Below are positions 40,914 through 51,130 of a stretch of 64,000 nt of DNA, in pieces. Every line of letters begins with the position of its first letter. The stretch's first letter is position 1. This DNA is from Nitrososphaeria archaeon (GTDB lineage: Archaea; Thermoproteota; Nitrososphaeria; JACIWG01). The translations under genes were made by a program, and so were the position numbers. The DNA is taken from contig CAVVXT010000019.1 of assembly GCA_963752255.1 (NCBI GenBank), positions 32,001 to 96,000 on the forward strand, given 5' to 3'. The notes beneath the pieces were generated by a model. It was given only the letters and a program-made list of their open reading frames with translations. It ran no database searches and was not told the DNA's origin.

Positions 40914-41057
40914 TTCTTCTCAGTAAAACTAATTTTTATCCTCACTTTTAAAGGTTTTGCCTAACTTCAATGGCCATCCTAACATGAAGACCCTTTTTGC
41001 CCCTCTGATCTGATCTATCGATTCAAACATCTTTTCTTGTTTCCCTTTCTTATGAAA

Positions 41058-41103
41058 TAGCGGGCCTGGGGATTTCTGACCCTAATTAAGTGCAGATACC
41101 TAA
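41058..41103. repeat. tRNA-3'-like terminal repeat; imperfect inverted partner at 45258-45305
   Basis: gcgggcc..gggattt...taattaagtgcagatacc vs ggtatctgcacctaat...aaatcccaccgggcccgc. Confidence 0.55.
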
Positions 41104-41202
41104 TTTTATTTAGGCTTAAGCGTTACATATTGTATTGCATTCAGCTTTCTTAGTCTCTATGAGAAGCGCGGCTGTCTTAGGGGCCTCAAAAAATGGGTCT
41201 GA

Positions 41203-42258
41203 TCATTCAGAAAATACACGTCTTTTTGCCCAGATAGCCACATTCACCAAGCCTATCATGACAGGCACTTCTATCAAGGGCCCTATCACTGTCGCAAAAG
41301 CTTCTTGCGAGGATAAACCAAAAACTGCGACTGCCACAGCAATAGCTAATTCGAAATTATTACTTGCTGCAGTGAAGGCAAGCGAAGTAGTCCTTTTGTA
41401 GTTTAGCTTCAAGTAGTAACCCAAGATGAATGATATTAGGAACATTGGAATGAAATAGGCTATCAATGGTATCGCTATCCTTACGACATCTAGTGGTAGT
41501 GTCACGATATATTCCCCCTTAAGTGAGAACATGACCACTATCGTGAAAAGAAGTGCGAACAAAGAAGTCGGGCTCAGCTTCGGCATCAGTTTATGGTCGT
41601 ACCATTCCCTTCCCTTCGTTTTCAGAAAGTAGTACCTTGCTAACATACCGCCGAAGAAAGGTATCCCCAAGTATATCGCTACAGACTCCGCTACTCCTAT
41701 AAAAGAGATGTTGACGACTGTCCCTTGTCCTCCAATCCAAGAACTTGCGAGAGTTATGTAGAAGTACGCTAAAACCGAGTAGAACAGTATCTGGAAGATG
41801 GAGTTCAAGGCTACAAGTATCGCAGCCCACTCGCTGTCCCCTCCAGCCAGGTCGTTCCAGACGATGACCATGGCGATGCACCTTGCCAAACCTACGAGAA
41901 TTATTCCATTTCTGAAAGCCGGATAATCTGCCAAAAATATCCATGCCAATGAGAACATTAAAAGAGGTCCAATTAGCCAATTTAAAATCAGCGAAGTAGA
42001 AAGCATCTTCTTCGAGCCCTTTGCTGTAACAACCTTCCCCAATTCCTCGTATCTGACCTTTGCTAGGGGAGGAAACATCATCCAAATTAGCCCAACTGCT
42101 ATAGGAATTGAAGTAGTTCCAACACTTACTGAACCTATTATTTCAGAGATCCTGGGGAAGACATATCCTAGGCCAACACCTAGCATCATGGCCAAGAATA
42201 TCCAGAGCGTGAGAAATCGGCTGAGAAAGGATAGCTTCTTTTTTTCATCTTTTTCCAA
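41203..42258 (-). CDS. acr3: ACR3 arsenite efflux transporter
   Basis: [34 protein letters not shown]. Confidence 0.97.
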   Translation of the reverse strand: MEKDEKKKLSFLSRFLTLWIFLAMMLGVGLGYVFPRISEIIGSVSVGTTSIPIAVGLIWMMFPPLAKVRYEELGKVVTAKGSKKMLSTSLILNWLIGPLLMFSLAWIFLADYPAFRNGIILVGLARCIAMVIVWNDLAGGDSEWAAILVALNSIFQILFYSVLAYFYITLASSWIGGQGTVVNISFIGVAESVAIYLGIPFFGGMLARYYFLKTKGREWYDHKLMPKLSPTSLFALLFTIVVMFSLKGEYIVTLPLDVVRIAIPLIAYFIPMFLISFILGYYLKLNYKRTTSLAFTAASNNFELAIAVAVAVFGLSSQEAFATVIGPLIEVPVMIGLVNVAIWAKRRVFSE

Positions 42259-42421
42259 AAAAATTCACCTTATGGAGAACCACATAAAAGACCATACAGT
42301 AGCCTAAAGAATACGCTACCTGCCCAAGCAATAACCATGAAGGTGGTGCACAAGGGGGTTCAGGATCAAAAACTTCAACAGTTATGCTTTTCACATTATG
42401 CATTATATTCAGACCGTAACT

Positions 42422-42445
42422 ATCACAATATTTAAATATTGTGAT
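42422..42445. promoter_or_regulatory. perfect 24-bp palindrome ATCACAATATTTAAATATTGTGAT; ArsR operator overlapping the TATA box
   Basis: Between divergent acr3 and arsR; centred on TTTAAA. Confidence 0.75.
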
Positions 42446-42460
42446 TAATTTACTATATGT

Positions 42461-42784
42461 ATGCCAATGCAGAAGGATGGTTTGGACAGATTTAGGGCTA
42501 AAATATTTTATGCCCTTTCGGATCCTATCAGGCTCAAGATTATTGAGTATTTGAGAAATGGAGAGAAATGCGTGTGCGAGATAATCCCATATATTAAAAT
42601 GCCTCAGCCTATAGTCTCACGCCACCTGAAGATTCTAAAAGACTCTGGGCTGCTGAAGGATAGAAGGGATGGAACTCGGAGATTTTATTCGATTACAGAC
42701 AGGAGGGTGTTCGATATAATTGATACTGTGTCACCTGACGTGGCCGAAAGTCTCTCGGGACATGCTATTGAGCAGATAATCTAG
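42461..42784 (+). CDS. arsR: ArsR/SmtB repressor
   Basis: ALSDPIRLKI, EKCVCEI, VSRHLKIL. Confidence 0.93.
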   Translation: MPMQKDGLDRFRAKIFYALSDPIRLKIIEYLRNGEKCVCEIIPYIKMPQPIVSRHLKILKDSGLLKDRRDGTRRFYSITDRRVFDIIDTVSPDVAESLSGHAIEQII

Positions 42785-42798
42785 AAGAGTCAATCTTT

Positions 42799-43227
42799 AT
42801 GCCACCTGTTAAAAGAAAGGTCCTCTTCCTTTGTGTTCATAACTCTGCTAGGTCTCAGATGGCGGAAGGTCTACTGAACCATCTATTTGGGGATAGATAT
42901 GTGGCCTATAGTGCGGGTCTTGCTCCAACAAAAGTTAATCCATACGCCATTAAAGTCATGGCAGAAATCGGGATAGACATCTTAGATAACAAAGCTAAAT
43001 CCTTCATTGAGTTCATTGGAAAAGGCATCGATGTAGTGGTTACAGTATGTGACGAATCAAAAGAGGTTTGCCCTTATTTTCCAGGAGCTAAAAGATTTAT
43101 TCATTGGAATTTTCAGGATCCATCGGAAGCTGTCGGCACTGAAGAAGAAATTCTAAGGGTATTTCGAAATGTCCGAGACGCATTAAGAGACCTGATTACA
43201 AAAGCTGTTGAAAAAAGTGAACTATAA
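42799..43227 (+). CDS. arsC: thioredoxin-coupled arsenate reductase (LMW-PTP fold)
   Basis: CVHNSARSQMAE, TVCD...CPYFP, HWNFQDP. Confidence 0.93.
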   Translation: MPPVKRKVLFLCVHNSARSQMAEGLLNHLFGDRYVAYSAGLAPTKVNPYAIKVMAEIGIDILDNKAKSFIEFIGKGIDVVVTVCDESKEVCPYFPGAKRFIHWNFQDPSEAVGTEEEILRVFRNVRDALRDLITKAVEKSEL

Positions 43228-43239
43228 AATGCGAGATAT

Positions 43240-44027
43240 TTGGACAGTTGTTTGCAGAAGCGAATAACAGTGTCTGAGCATAAAAAGGGCTGCTTGGTCT
43301 GCGGCGAAGAAATCGTATATGATGTAGAACGCTCAGAATTGGAGTGCTATTACTGCCATCAGATTCAAACCTCGCGGGTCAGGTGCATTAAGGGGCATTA
43401 CGTCTGTGACAGATGTCACAGCGCCTCCGCCAACGATCTGATAACGACCTCTGCACAAACACCAGCTCAACTGATCCCCTTGAGCAGGCATTGGTTCTTA
43501 TGAGAAATCCAAAGGTTAAGATGCACGGTCCAGAACATCATTTTCTGGTCCCGGCAGTCCTTTTATCTTCTTATTACAACATTAATGGTAATCCCCATGA
43601 AAAGGAGGCCAAGATCAGGGAAGCAAGAGAGCGTGCTTCCAAGGTGCCAGGCGGTTTCTGCGGCTACTTTGGGGACTGTGGCGCAGCAGTTGGGACCGGA
43701 ATATTCGTCAGCCTGATAACCAATGCAACACCTCTCTCTATCGGGGAATGGCGCCTTGCCAACATGATGACATCAAAGAGTCTCCTCTCAATCGCGGAGC
43801 ATGGGGGACCGAGATGCTGCAAGAGGAACAGTTACCTTGCGATACTGCAGGCCACCGATTTTTTAAAGGATAATTTCAATGTCGAAATGAAAGTCAATAA
43901 AAACATAAAATGCGAATTCCACGACCTGAATAAGCAGTGTCTTAGAGAAAAGTGCACATTTTCACTAGCTTCAATTTGCTATTGCAGTCGCCGTCGTGGT
44001 ATTTATTATTTGGCTATAAGATCATAG
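43240..44027 (+). pseudogene. Cys-rich DUF5714-like protein, frameshift near 43443
   Basis: CLVCG, CYYC, CIKGHYVCDRCH then MHGPEHHFLVP, GGFCGYFGDCG, GGPRCCKR. Confidence 0.75.
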
Positions 44028-44811
44028 TTGCGGGTAATAGAAAGTATTCTGGCTGCAAGTTGAATCTCCAAACTATTTTACATTTGTTAATTCTTCAATT
44101 TGTTATCAATTAAGATTAGAGGATAAATGTTCAAGAAACTGCCACACTTTTAGAAGGGAAGTCGATTTAATAGAAACTGCTTTTTACTATTAGAAGCCAT
44201 TCTTTTGAAGAATTTAAAAAAATCTGAGCATAAAGTTAAAAAGAAAAATAGAAAGATTCAGCGCAACCTACGCTCAAGAACACATAGCATAATATTTGAT
44301 AGCATTTATGACCGTAAAAATTACGGAGTTTAATATTTCTTGTTCAAATTGGTTTTGATAGTGAAGTTGAGTTATTAATCTTAATCTAAATTTCTCTTAA
44401 GGGAACAAATTCCCAAGAGTTCTCAATGTTGACTGGGGCAGTTCCGAACGCTTTTAGCCTTCAACTGTAAGCGCTTAAGAATCTTGTAGATGCTAGTGTT
44501 CCATGTCGTGCAGCTGTCATGCTTTCAAACCTCAATGAATTAACTTGTTAGCCCTAACCAGAAATCCGTTTAAAGTTTTCTTAAACCTTTCGTCCTTTTG
44601 ACTAGATTACCGATTTAAAAACTTGACACGTCTAAAGATTACTGATAAGGTTGACGATGTCCGTAAATAAGCCGTTGTCAAGAATCGCCTCTAGGAATGA
44701 GCGATAGATCGAGTTCGGGTCGTCGAGTCGCTTCATGCCGTGAGGCCTCTTGAAGCCAACGAACAGAATAGCAGCGAATTTGAATCGGACTGCATAGTAT
44801 AGGAAACCCTA

Positions 44812-44970
44812 GCTTTTCGACTTACTGCTTTCTTGCTTCTCGGACTTGCGGAGTCGGTTCAGTTCGGCTATCTTCTCCTTGTATTCCTTTTTCTTCTTCT
44901 TATTTCCTTGTGCGCGCGCTTGGTCGTATAGCTTCTTCAGTTTCTCTTCTTCTAGCGTGTAATGGGGCAT
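44812..44970 (-). CDS. small basic hypothetical protein (~52 aa)
   Basis: MPHYTLEEEKLKKLYDQARAQGNKKKKEYKEKIAELNRLRK... Confidence 0.35.
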
Positions 44971-45164
44971 CTTCGGAAATGAGGTCGTAGCGCAATAGTT
45001 AAGTCTTTCTGAGATGGGTCACAAAACTACCCGCTGAAGTAGTCCTCCTTGTTGTAATTACTTAAGATCACAGCATAATTTCTATTTGTCAAAAATGGGG
45101 GATCGAGGTAAATGAGTGAAACTGAATCACTAGGGAACTTCATCATGTTTAGGCAATCACAACA

Positions 45165-45222
45165 ATGGATGCTGCTGAATACAAGCATGCCGTTATTGGC
45201 TTAATTTTTCTTAAATTTGACA
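45165..45222 (+). pseudogene. fragment of type I R-M HsdM N-terminal domain
   Basis: MDAAEYKHAVIGLIFLKF matches the HsdM_N motif MDAAEYKHVVLGLIFLKY. Confidence 0.65.
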
Positions 45223-45320
45223 CTTAATAAAAGTTTACATAAAATCTCAATATCCTTATTTGGTATCTGCACCTAATAATGTACAAATCCCACCGGGCCC
45301 GCACCCAATTCTTCTCTGTT

Positions 45321-45478
45321 CATTATTTACCATTAAATTAATGTTGAAATCCTACTTCACAAATCAGATTTATTTTTGATTTATCCATGTCAAACAAGTA
45401 AAAATGGGAGTAGTTTAATAGCTCATCTAGGTTTTGGAATAACATTTGTTCGATTTAAGTAGTGAAGGAGTTTATACG
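45321..45478 (+). repeat. copy B of the ~160-bp non-coding repeat
   Basis: Colinear diverged copy of 18187-18345. Confidence 0.8.
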
Positions 45479-45722
45479 TTTCCGGATGTTTATGTCGTTG
45501 ACAAGTTTTGCAGAGAGTTCTATTTATTTGGGAAAAAAGAAGATGTCCTTATTAATAGAAACTAGTAGTGTCCCTGATGGCTATTTAATTACAATTGGTG
45601 AATATATCTTTGAATTATATAACGTTAGGCTCTATTTAGACAGGGAAATCGTCATCGATGCAAACCTAAGATCTCAATTGGAAGCGTTTGCTGGAAAAGA
45701 TCCAGTAAAGAATTGGGGCTAG
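45462..45722 (+). CDS. small hypothetical protein (likely start 45542)
   Basis: Short ORF following repeat copy B. Confidence 0.35.
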   Translation: MKEFIRFRMFMSLTSFAESSIYLGKKKMSLLIETSSVPDGYLITIGEYIFELYNVRLYLDREIVIDANLRSQLEAFAGKDPVKNWG

Positions 45723-47177
45723 TTCGTTCAGTCCACTCACAAACTAACTAAGAAAGACTTTCCATCTTTATAGAAACTTTACCGATTTTGTTAAGGTTTC
45801 CTTTACGTTTTCTGTTAATGAAAATATCGTTGATAATCGTGGATAATTCCGGCTCAAACAGAAATTTGTTTGTGCAATTAGCGCAAACGTTCTGCTTGTT
45901 GGCTCAGACAGATGCCCCTGTGCTCAATTAAATATCATACTCCTCTCATGCAGGACACCGTTAAGTTGAGCCGACAAAAAGAGTTTGCGCTAACTTTTTT
46001 GCTGATTTTCTATTTGAGCCGAACATGATTGCACCTGGTTGGTTAAACGTCGCACATTAACAAAAACTTTAAAGTTTGAGCATGGCATAGACCTGCTTTT
46101 ATCACTTTTTGGATATGCAGCGGTCGGAGTACCAGCATAAAGATAACCTTCTCCCCTTTTTCTTTTTTATAGTGTATACGGGATTATCCTAATCGGTAAA
46201 GGTTCTTTTATAATGAACTTGAAACAAAAAGAATGTACGGCCCGTGAGGCACTTTGTTCTGACTGACTAACTGGACTTCATGGGAAATGTTCAAAAAGTG
46301 GGTTTACGGTCATGACCACAGACCTAGATTTTGAACATTATTGCCAAAAAGGAAGTTATAATTTTGTGTCAACTCCTTCTCAGTGATTGCGCCATTTACA
46401 TCCGTTACATCCTATTATAGGAGAGTTAAATTTCTTCTAAAGGTGCTTTACCATATTAATGGACGAATGATTGGAGGATGACTGCAACTGCACCAAATAT
46501 CAGGAAGAAAAAGAAAATACGACTAAACCAACTATCTGAGAAATTGGAAAACTCATGGTATTTTGGGTTGACTAGACTTTAAAATGTTCAAAAATAGTGA
46601 CTACTGTCATGACTGCGGATGCAGATTTTGAACAAGACGACCTTAATGGAAAAAATAACTTTTGTCCGTTATACAAAGATCTTAATGCTGCAAGCAGTGT
46701 TGAAAAAAATTAGAGTCAGACTTATAGTCGAATAATTTAAAATCCCACTTTTATAGGATAGAATTATTGCTCTACTTCTATAGAATCTCCAACTGGAGTA
46801 TTAAACTAGTTCTCCGAGAATCAATCACCACCTTTATTGCTTCAAATGCTTAAAAAATTATTGCGAGTTAGACTTTAATAAGATAAGAAATTTAACAAGT
46901 CAATACACCCTTTCAGCATAGAACAACTTCAGGAGATCCTCTATCTCCTCCTTTTCATCCTTCGATGGCTTCCATCCACAAAGTTCACATTTACTTTTGA
47001 TATTTAATGGTTCATTTTCTTGTCTAAGCTTTTCAACTAGTACCTTTAATGTTAAAGGGAGAACGGGCGACCAAACAATATCTTATCAGTTAGTGCAGGG
47101 ATTAACGATTCTTCAATGATCTTTTCAGTCCAACTTACTTTAGGACTTTTTAAAGTTCAGGATTACCAGAAATTTGT

Positions 47178-47740
47178 CTAATTGTTGAACTTTTTCCTTG
47201 CTGTGTAGAGATGGATACACCCTGCAAAAATCAAACCAAAAGCAAAGATCCCGATAGCAGTCGATAAATCACCATCTCGAGTTATTGCCTTAAGCCCAGC
47301 TTTAACTGGGCTATTCTGTTTTACTATGCAACGTCCGGCCAGATCTCCCGTTTTTTCCTCCCTTTCATTAATGGAAAGATTCTGCTTGTTTCTGCTTGTT
47401 TCCAAAATCGCTTCTATCATCACGAATTATCATCATCGATTATCCATTCTTTTTTGGAACTTTCAGCACGTATAAGCTGCTTATCCTTAGAGCCGCATAT
47501 GTACTCGCTTCGCTGTACCCATGGCGAAAAGATTTCATCGTCCATCGTTACAGGACACATTTCTTCAAGACAGGCTTCTGTAATGTTATGGTCAATGGAA
47601 CACTGCTTTTTAACCCTGTAAGGTGTTACCACAGAGAATTTTTTAAATGGAGGATTACAAATGCAATTTTCCACCGCATTTTTTAGATGGTCGCTGCAAT
47701 ATTTTTTTCCCACGTTTCTCCACAGAAACAGGGGATACCT
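47178..47740 (-). CDS. small Cys-rich ORF plus coupled small membrane ORF (47178..47423), divergent from the topoisomerase
   Basis: AGGAGG RBS near 47740; CSDH..CIC..C..C..C; ATGA overlap at 47420-47423. Confidence 0.4.
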
Positions 47741-47804
47741 CCTTTCTATACTTATCGTTTGATATGTACAATCAGAATAATTGTGCAAAAAAAGGTGTGC
47801 AGTC

Positions 47805-49978
47805 ATGACCGCAGCTGATGATTTTGAACATGACGATTTTGAGGGCGAGATAAGGTCAAGGCCAAGGGTCTTTGATTTCTTCACTCTCGATGGTGTTGAG
47901 AGGCTTACCGGGTGCACCCTTAATAAATTCCTGTTGTTCATTACAAAGGAACTCATAGATAATGCCTTAGACAAAAAAGATGTAAAGAACATCAATGTTA
48001 ATATCTGTGAGGAATACAAAACATTAACATTATCTGTTTCTGATGACGGCAATCCCACATTTGACAGGGAATCCCTCTCAAAGGTCCTGGATTTCGAGAA
48101 AGCGCCTTCGTCTAAAAGAATATACAAGACTGTGAAAAGAGGTGTCCGAGGCAACGGACTACAGAGCTGCTTCGGGATTTCTTATACCACATGGACTGCA
48201 GACGACAGGCCCGAAATACAGCTGAAGTATTGGGAACGGAAAGATTTTTAGTCAATTTAGATCCAAGCAAAGTGTCAATTAAAGAAGAACCAAGAGTCAA
48301 CGATGGCACTACAGTAGTTTTATTCAAACTGCCCGTGGCCGATTATATATCACCCTTCAGAATCGTAGAAACCGTCGCTTTACTTAACCCGCGTACAACT
48401 TTGACTTTTAAGGACAAGGAAGTTGAGCAGACCTTCGAAGCCTTGGAAGATGCTTCACCTTCTTCACAGACAGATGTCGACATACATTGTTACAGCTTAG
48501 CAGAATTCGGCTACCTTGCCGATGAAATAAAACATATAACAGTCGAGAGGTTAGTTACCATTTTCAAAGGCCTGAAACATCGTTCCTATGCGAGAGAGAT
48601 CCTTGATGAACTGGAAATTCAGCCAGGGACCAGGCTTTCAGATATCGGTTCTAAAGAACTCGAATCGCTTTACAATGCGATAAAAGAGGCTGCCAAGAGC
48701 ATAAAAGCTACCCAGCTTCCTCTGGTTGGTCAGGACGCGTTTGAAAACTTTGGTGCTGTAGGTTACTCCGTGAAGCGCGGTGTGTGGAGTGAAGATGGTA
48801 GGATCGTGCCCTATGCCGTCGAAGTTGCCTCCTTTGAAGGCGAGGGTGAAGATATCATAGAGACGATAAACTTCTCCGCTTCTATCCACCATCCTTTTAC
48901 AATGTGGGTCAGGACCGAAGGTGAAAGGAGGGTTAAACTGCATGACCTCATAAAAGATAAGGGAGTCACTGTTCTGATCCATCTGGTGTGTCCTGCGATA
49001 ACGTGGCTAAACGCAAGTAAGGGTGAGATGGACATCGAACCATTTGGGGAGAAGATTTTTTCTGCTGTCCGAAGCGTCTGCAAGCAGAATACACGATCAG
49101 GATTCGATTCCGAAACCCTGACTTCGCTTGCCAACAAGGTCATGTGTTCCTACCCGACATTGAACTTTACAATCAGGCAGGTCTTTTATAGGTTGGTGGC
49201 CCTTCACGGTTACCCGAACACCCGACAGTCGTATAACAAATTAGGAAAAGCTCTTGTCATGGCAAGACAAGAAGGCTCTGTAGATGCTGACCGGATAGTG
49301 GATTTGAGTAGGCCAGAATACGTTAACAATAGCCAGTATCAGTCATTCCTTGAGAAGGTTGAGTCGGACTTCAAGGCGATGGTAGAAAACTTCGATTTGG
49401 ACATGTGGGATCAGCAGCCCTTCTTCTGTGAAACGTGGACGGAAAAGGAGGCGCTCAGTCGCGTTCTCATGCCAGTCTGCCAAAAATATCGGGTGAACTT
49501 GATCGTTGGACGCGGGTATTCCTCATATACACAAATACGAAGAGCGGTTAAAAGGTTTCCTGAGGGAAAGAAGGTCATTTTAATGTACATCGGAGATTTC
49601 GACCCAACGGGTCGACACATCGAGGTGAAGTTGATACAAAGACTACATGACCAAATTAGAAGGAGTGGTAAGGACGTAGAAGTAGAGGTGAAAAGGATAG
49701 CGCTTACCTATGAACAAATTAAACAACACGATCTACCCTCTTCTCCCCTGAAAAAGTTCGGCCAAAAGCGTAACGAATACTACGAAGAATATGGTGATAA
49801 CGTGTGGGAAGCTGATGCCCTAAGTCCTGAAGTCCTTATGAAAACTTTAGAGGAAGAAATTAGAATTTTAATCGACTGGGAGATCTGGGACAAAAAAGAG
49901 GAAGAGGTCGAATACTTCAGGAAACTACTAAGAGAACGTTTGGGACGGCTTTTGGACGAACTGAGGGCTTTCGAATGA
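47805..49978 (+). pseudogene. fused type IIB topoisomerase (Topo VIII-like: GHKL + H2TH + transducer + wHTH/TOPRIM), frameshift near 48215
   Basis: KELIDNALD, VSDDG, RGVRGNGL; TIRQVFYRLV; WTEKEAL, GRGYSS, IGDFDPTG, WEADAL. Confidence 0.85.
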
Positions 49979-50218
49979 TAAGGCTTCTGGCAGATGTTCG
50001 TACATTTTTCTTAAGATTTCATAATGTTCTACATGATGTGTTGATTATTTTTTGCCATAATACCTAAAAGGCCATATGGTTGGGTGGATCAGGCGGCCAA
50101 TCTTTTTTTGTTCAACGACAAGTTTAGAGAACGCCGTATTTCATAATTATATCAGTTTGGAAAACCGTGCCCATTAATCACACAGAATCTTAAATTATAC
50201 ACAATATGATCGCTTTGA

Positions 50219-51067
50219 TTAGGCAGAAGTTGTAACTTCCAAGTCCAGAACTACTTGAACAATTCTGGGTCCGACCTCTCTCACGACTTTTCCTCGAGTT
50301 GATGAAATCTTGAAGTTATGAGGTAAAACTAGCTCCGGTAAAACTTCATTAATCGTTTCATCCATCGGTGCTGATTTAGCGTGCAGATATAAGTGAATGA
50401 CCCCACCTTCCTCTCTCAACGCCTTGACAGCGTACGGAAAATATTCTATGGATCTCTCAGGATATGGCATTATAACGCGATTGGCGGAACCTGCGAGCTT
50501 GTAACTTATTATTCGAGCTGCATCACCCAAGAAAGCTATTATGCGGTCGTCCACCTTATTTACGAAAACGTTTTTCAATATCATTTCATACGCGTCAGGG
50601 TTAAGGTCAATTACATAATTTGTCGATGTCTTACGTTTTTTTGCGATCAAAATGGAAAACGTGCCGACACCCGCGAACATGTTGACAACAACCTCATTCT
50701 CGCCAACGAGGTTTGCAATCCTCAACCGTTCCGCAGACAATCTTGGTGAAAAATAGGTTTTACCTATGTCTACATAGAATCTGCAACCGCTCTCCTTACA
50801 TTCTGTGAAAGTCCGATTTTCCCCGGCTAGATATTCTAAGCCCATCAGCCTATATTCTCCAGAAACAGGTGAAGCCTGTCTGAAAACGCATTTTACAGCT
50901 TTAACGTTCTCCAGTAAGGTTTCCGCAATCAGGCTCTTCTTCGGCAAAAGTGTGTCTGGAATCTTTATAACCGCAATATCTCCAATAATGTCAAATCCTG
51001 AAATGATGTCGTCGAGCTCTTCAGGCGAGAGTTTCTCTGAAAGTAATTCTTTTACAAGACGCCCCAA
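50219..51067 (-). CDS. trm5: Trm5/Tyw2-family tRNA methyltransferase
   Basis: FDIIGDIAVI, YFSPRLSAERLRI, NMFAGVG, DLNP. Confidence 0.88.
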   Translation of the reverse strand: MGRLVKELLSEKLSPEELDDIISGFDIIGDIAVIKIPDTLLPKKSLIAETLLENVKAVKCVFRQASPVSGEYRLMGLEYLAGENRTFTECKESGCRFYVDIGKTYFSPRLSAERLRIANLVGENEVVVNMFAGVGTFSILIAKKRKTSTNYVIDLNPDAYEMILKNVFVNKVDDRIIAFLGDAARIISYKLAGSANRVIMPYPERSIEYFPYAVKALREEGGVIHLYLHAKSAPMDETINEVLPELVLPHNFKISSTRGKVVREVGPRIVQVVLDLEVTTSA

Positions 51068-51130
51068 TTATTATAGCACTTTGCCCCATGGGAGTGCACA
51101 TATGATACCAATTTATTAAAAGTTTTTCAT

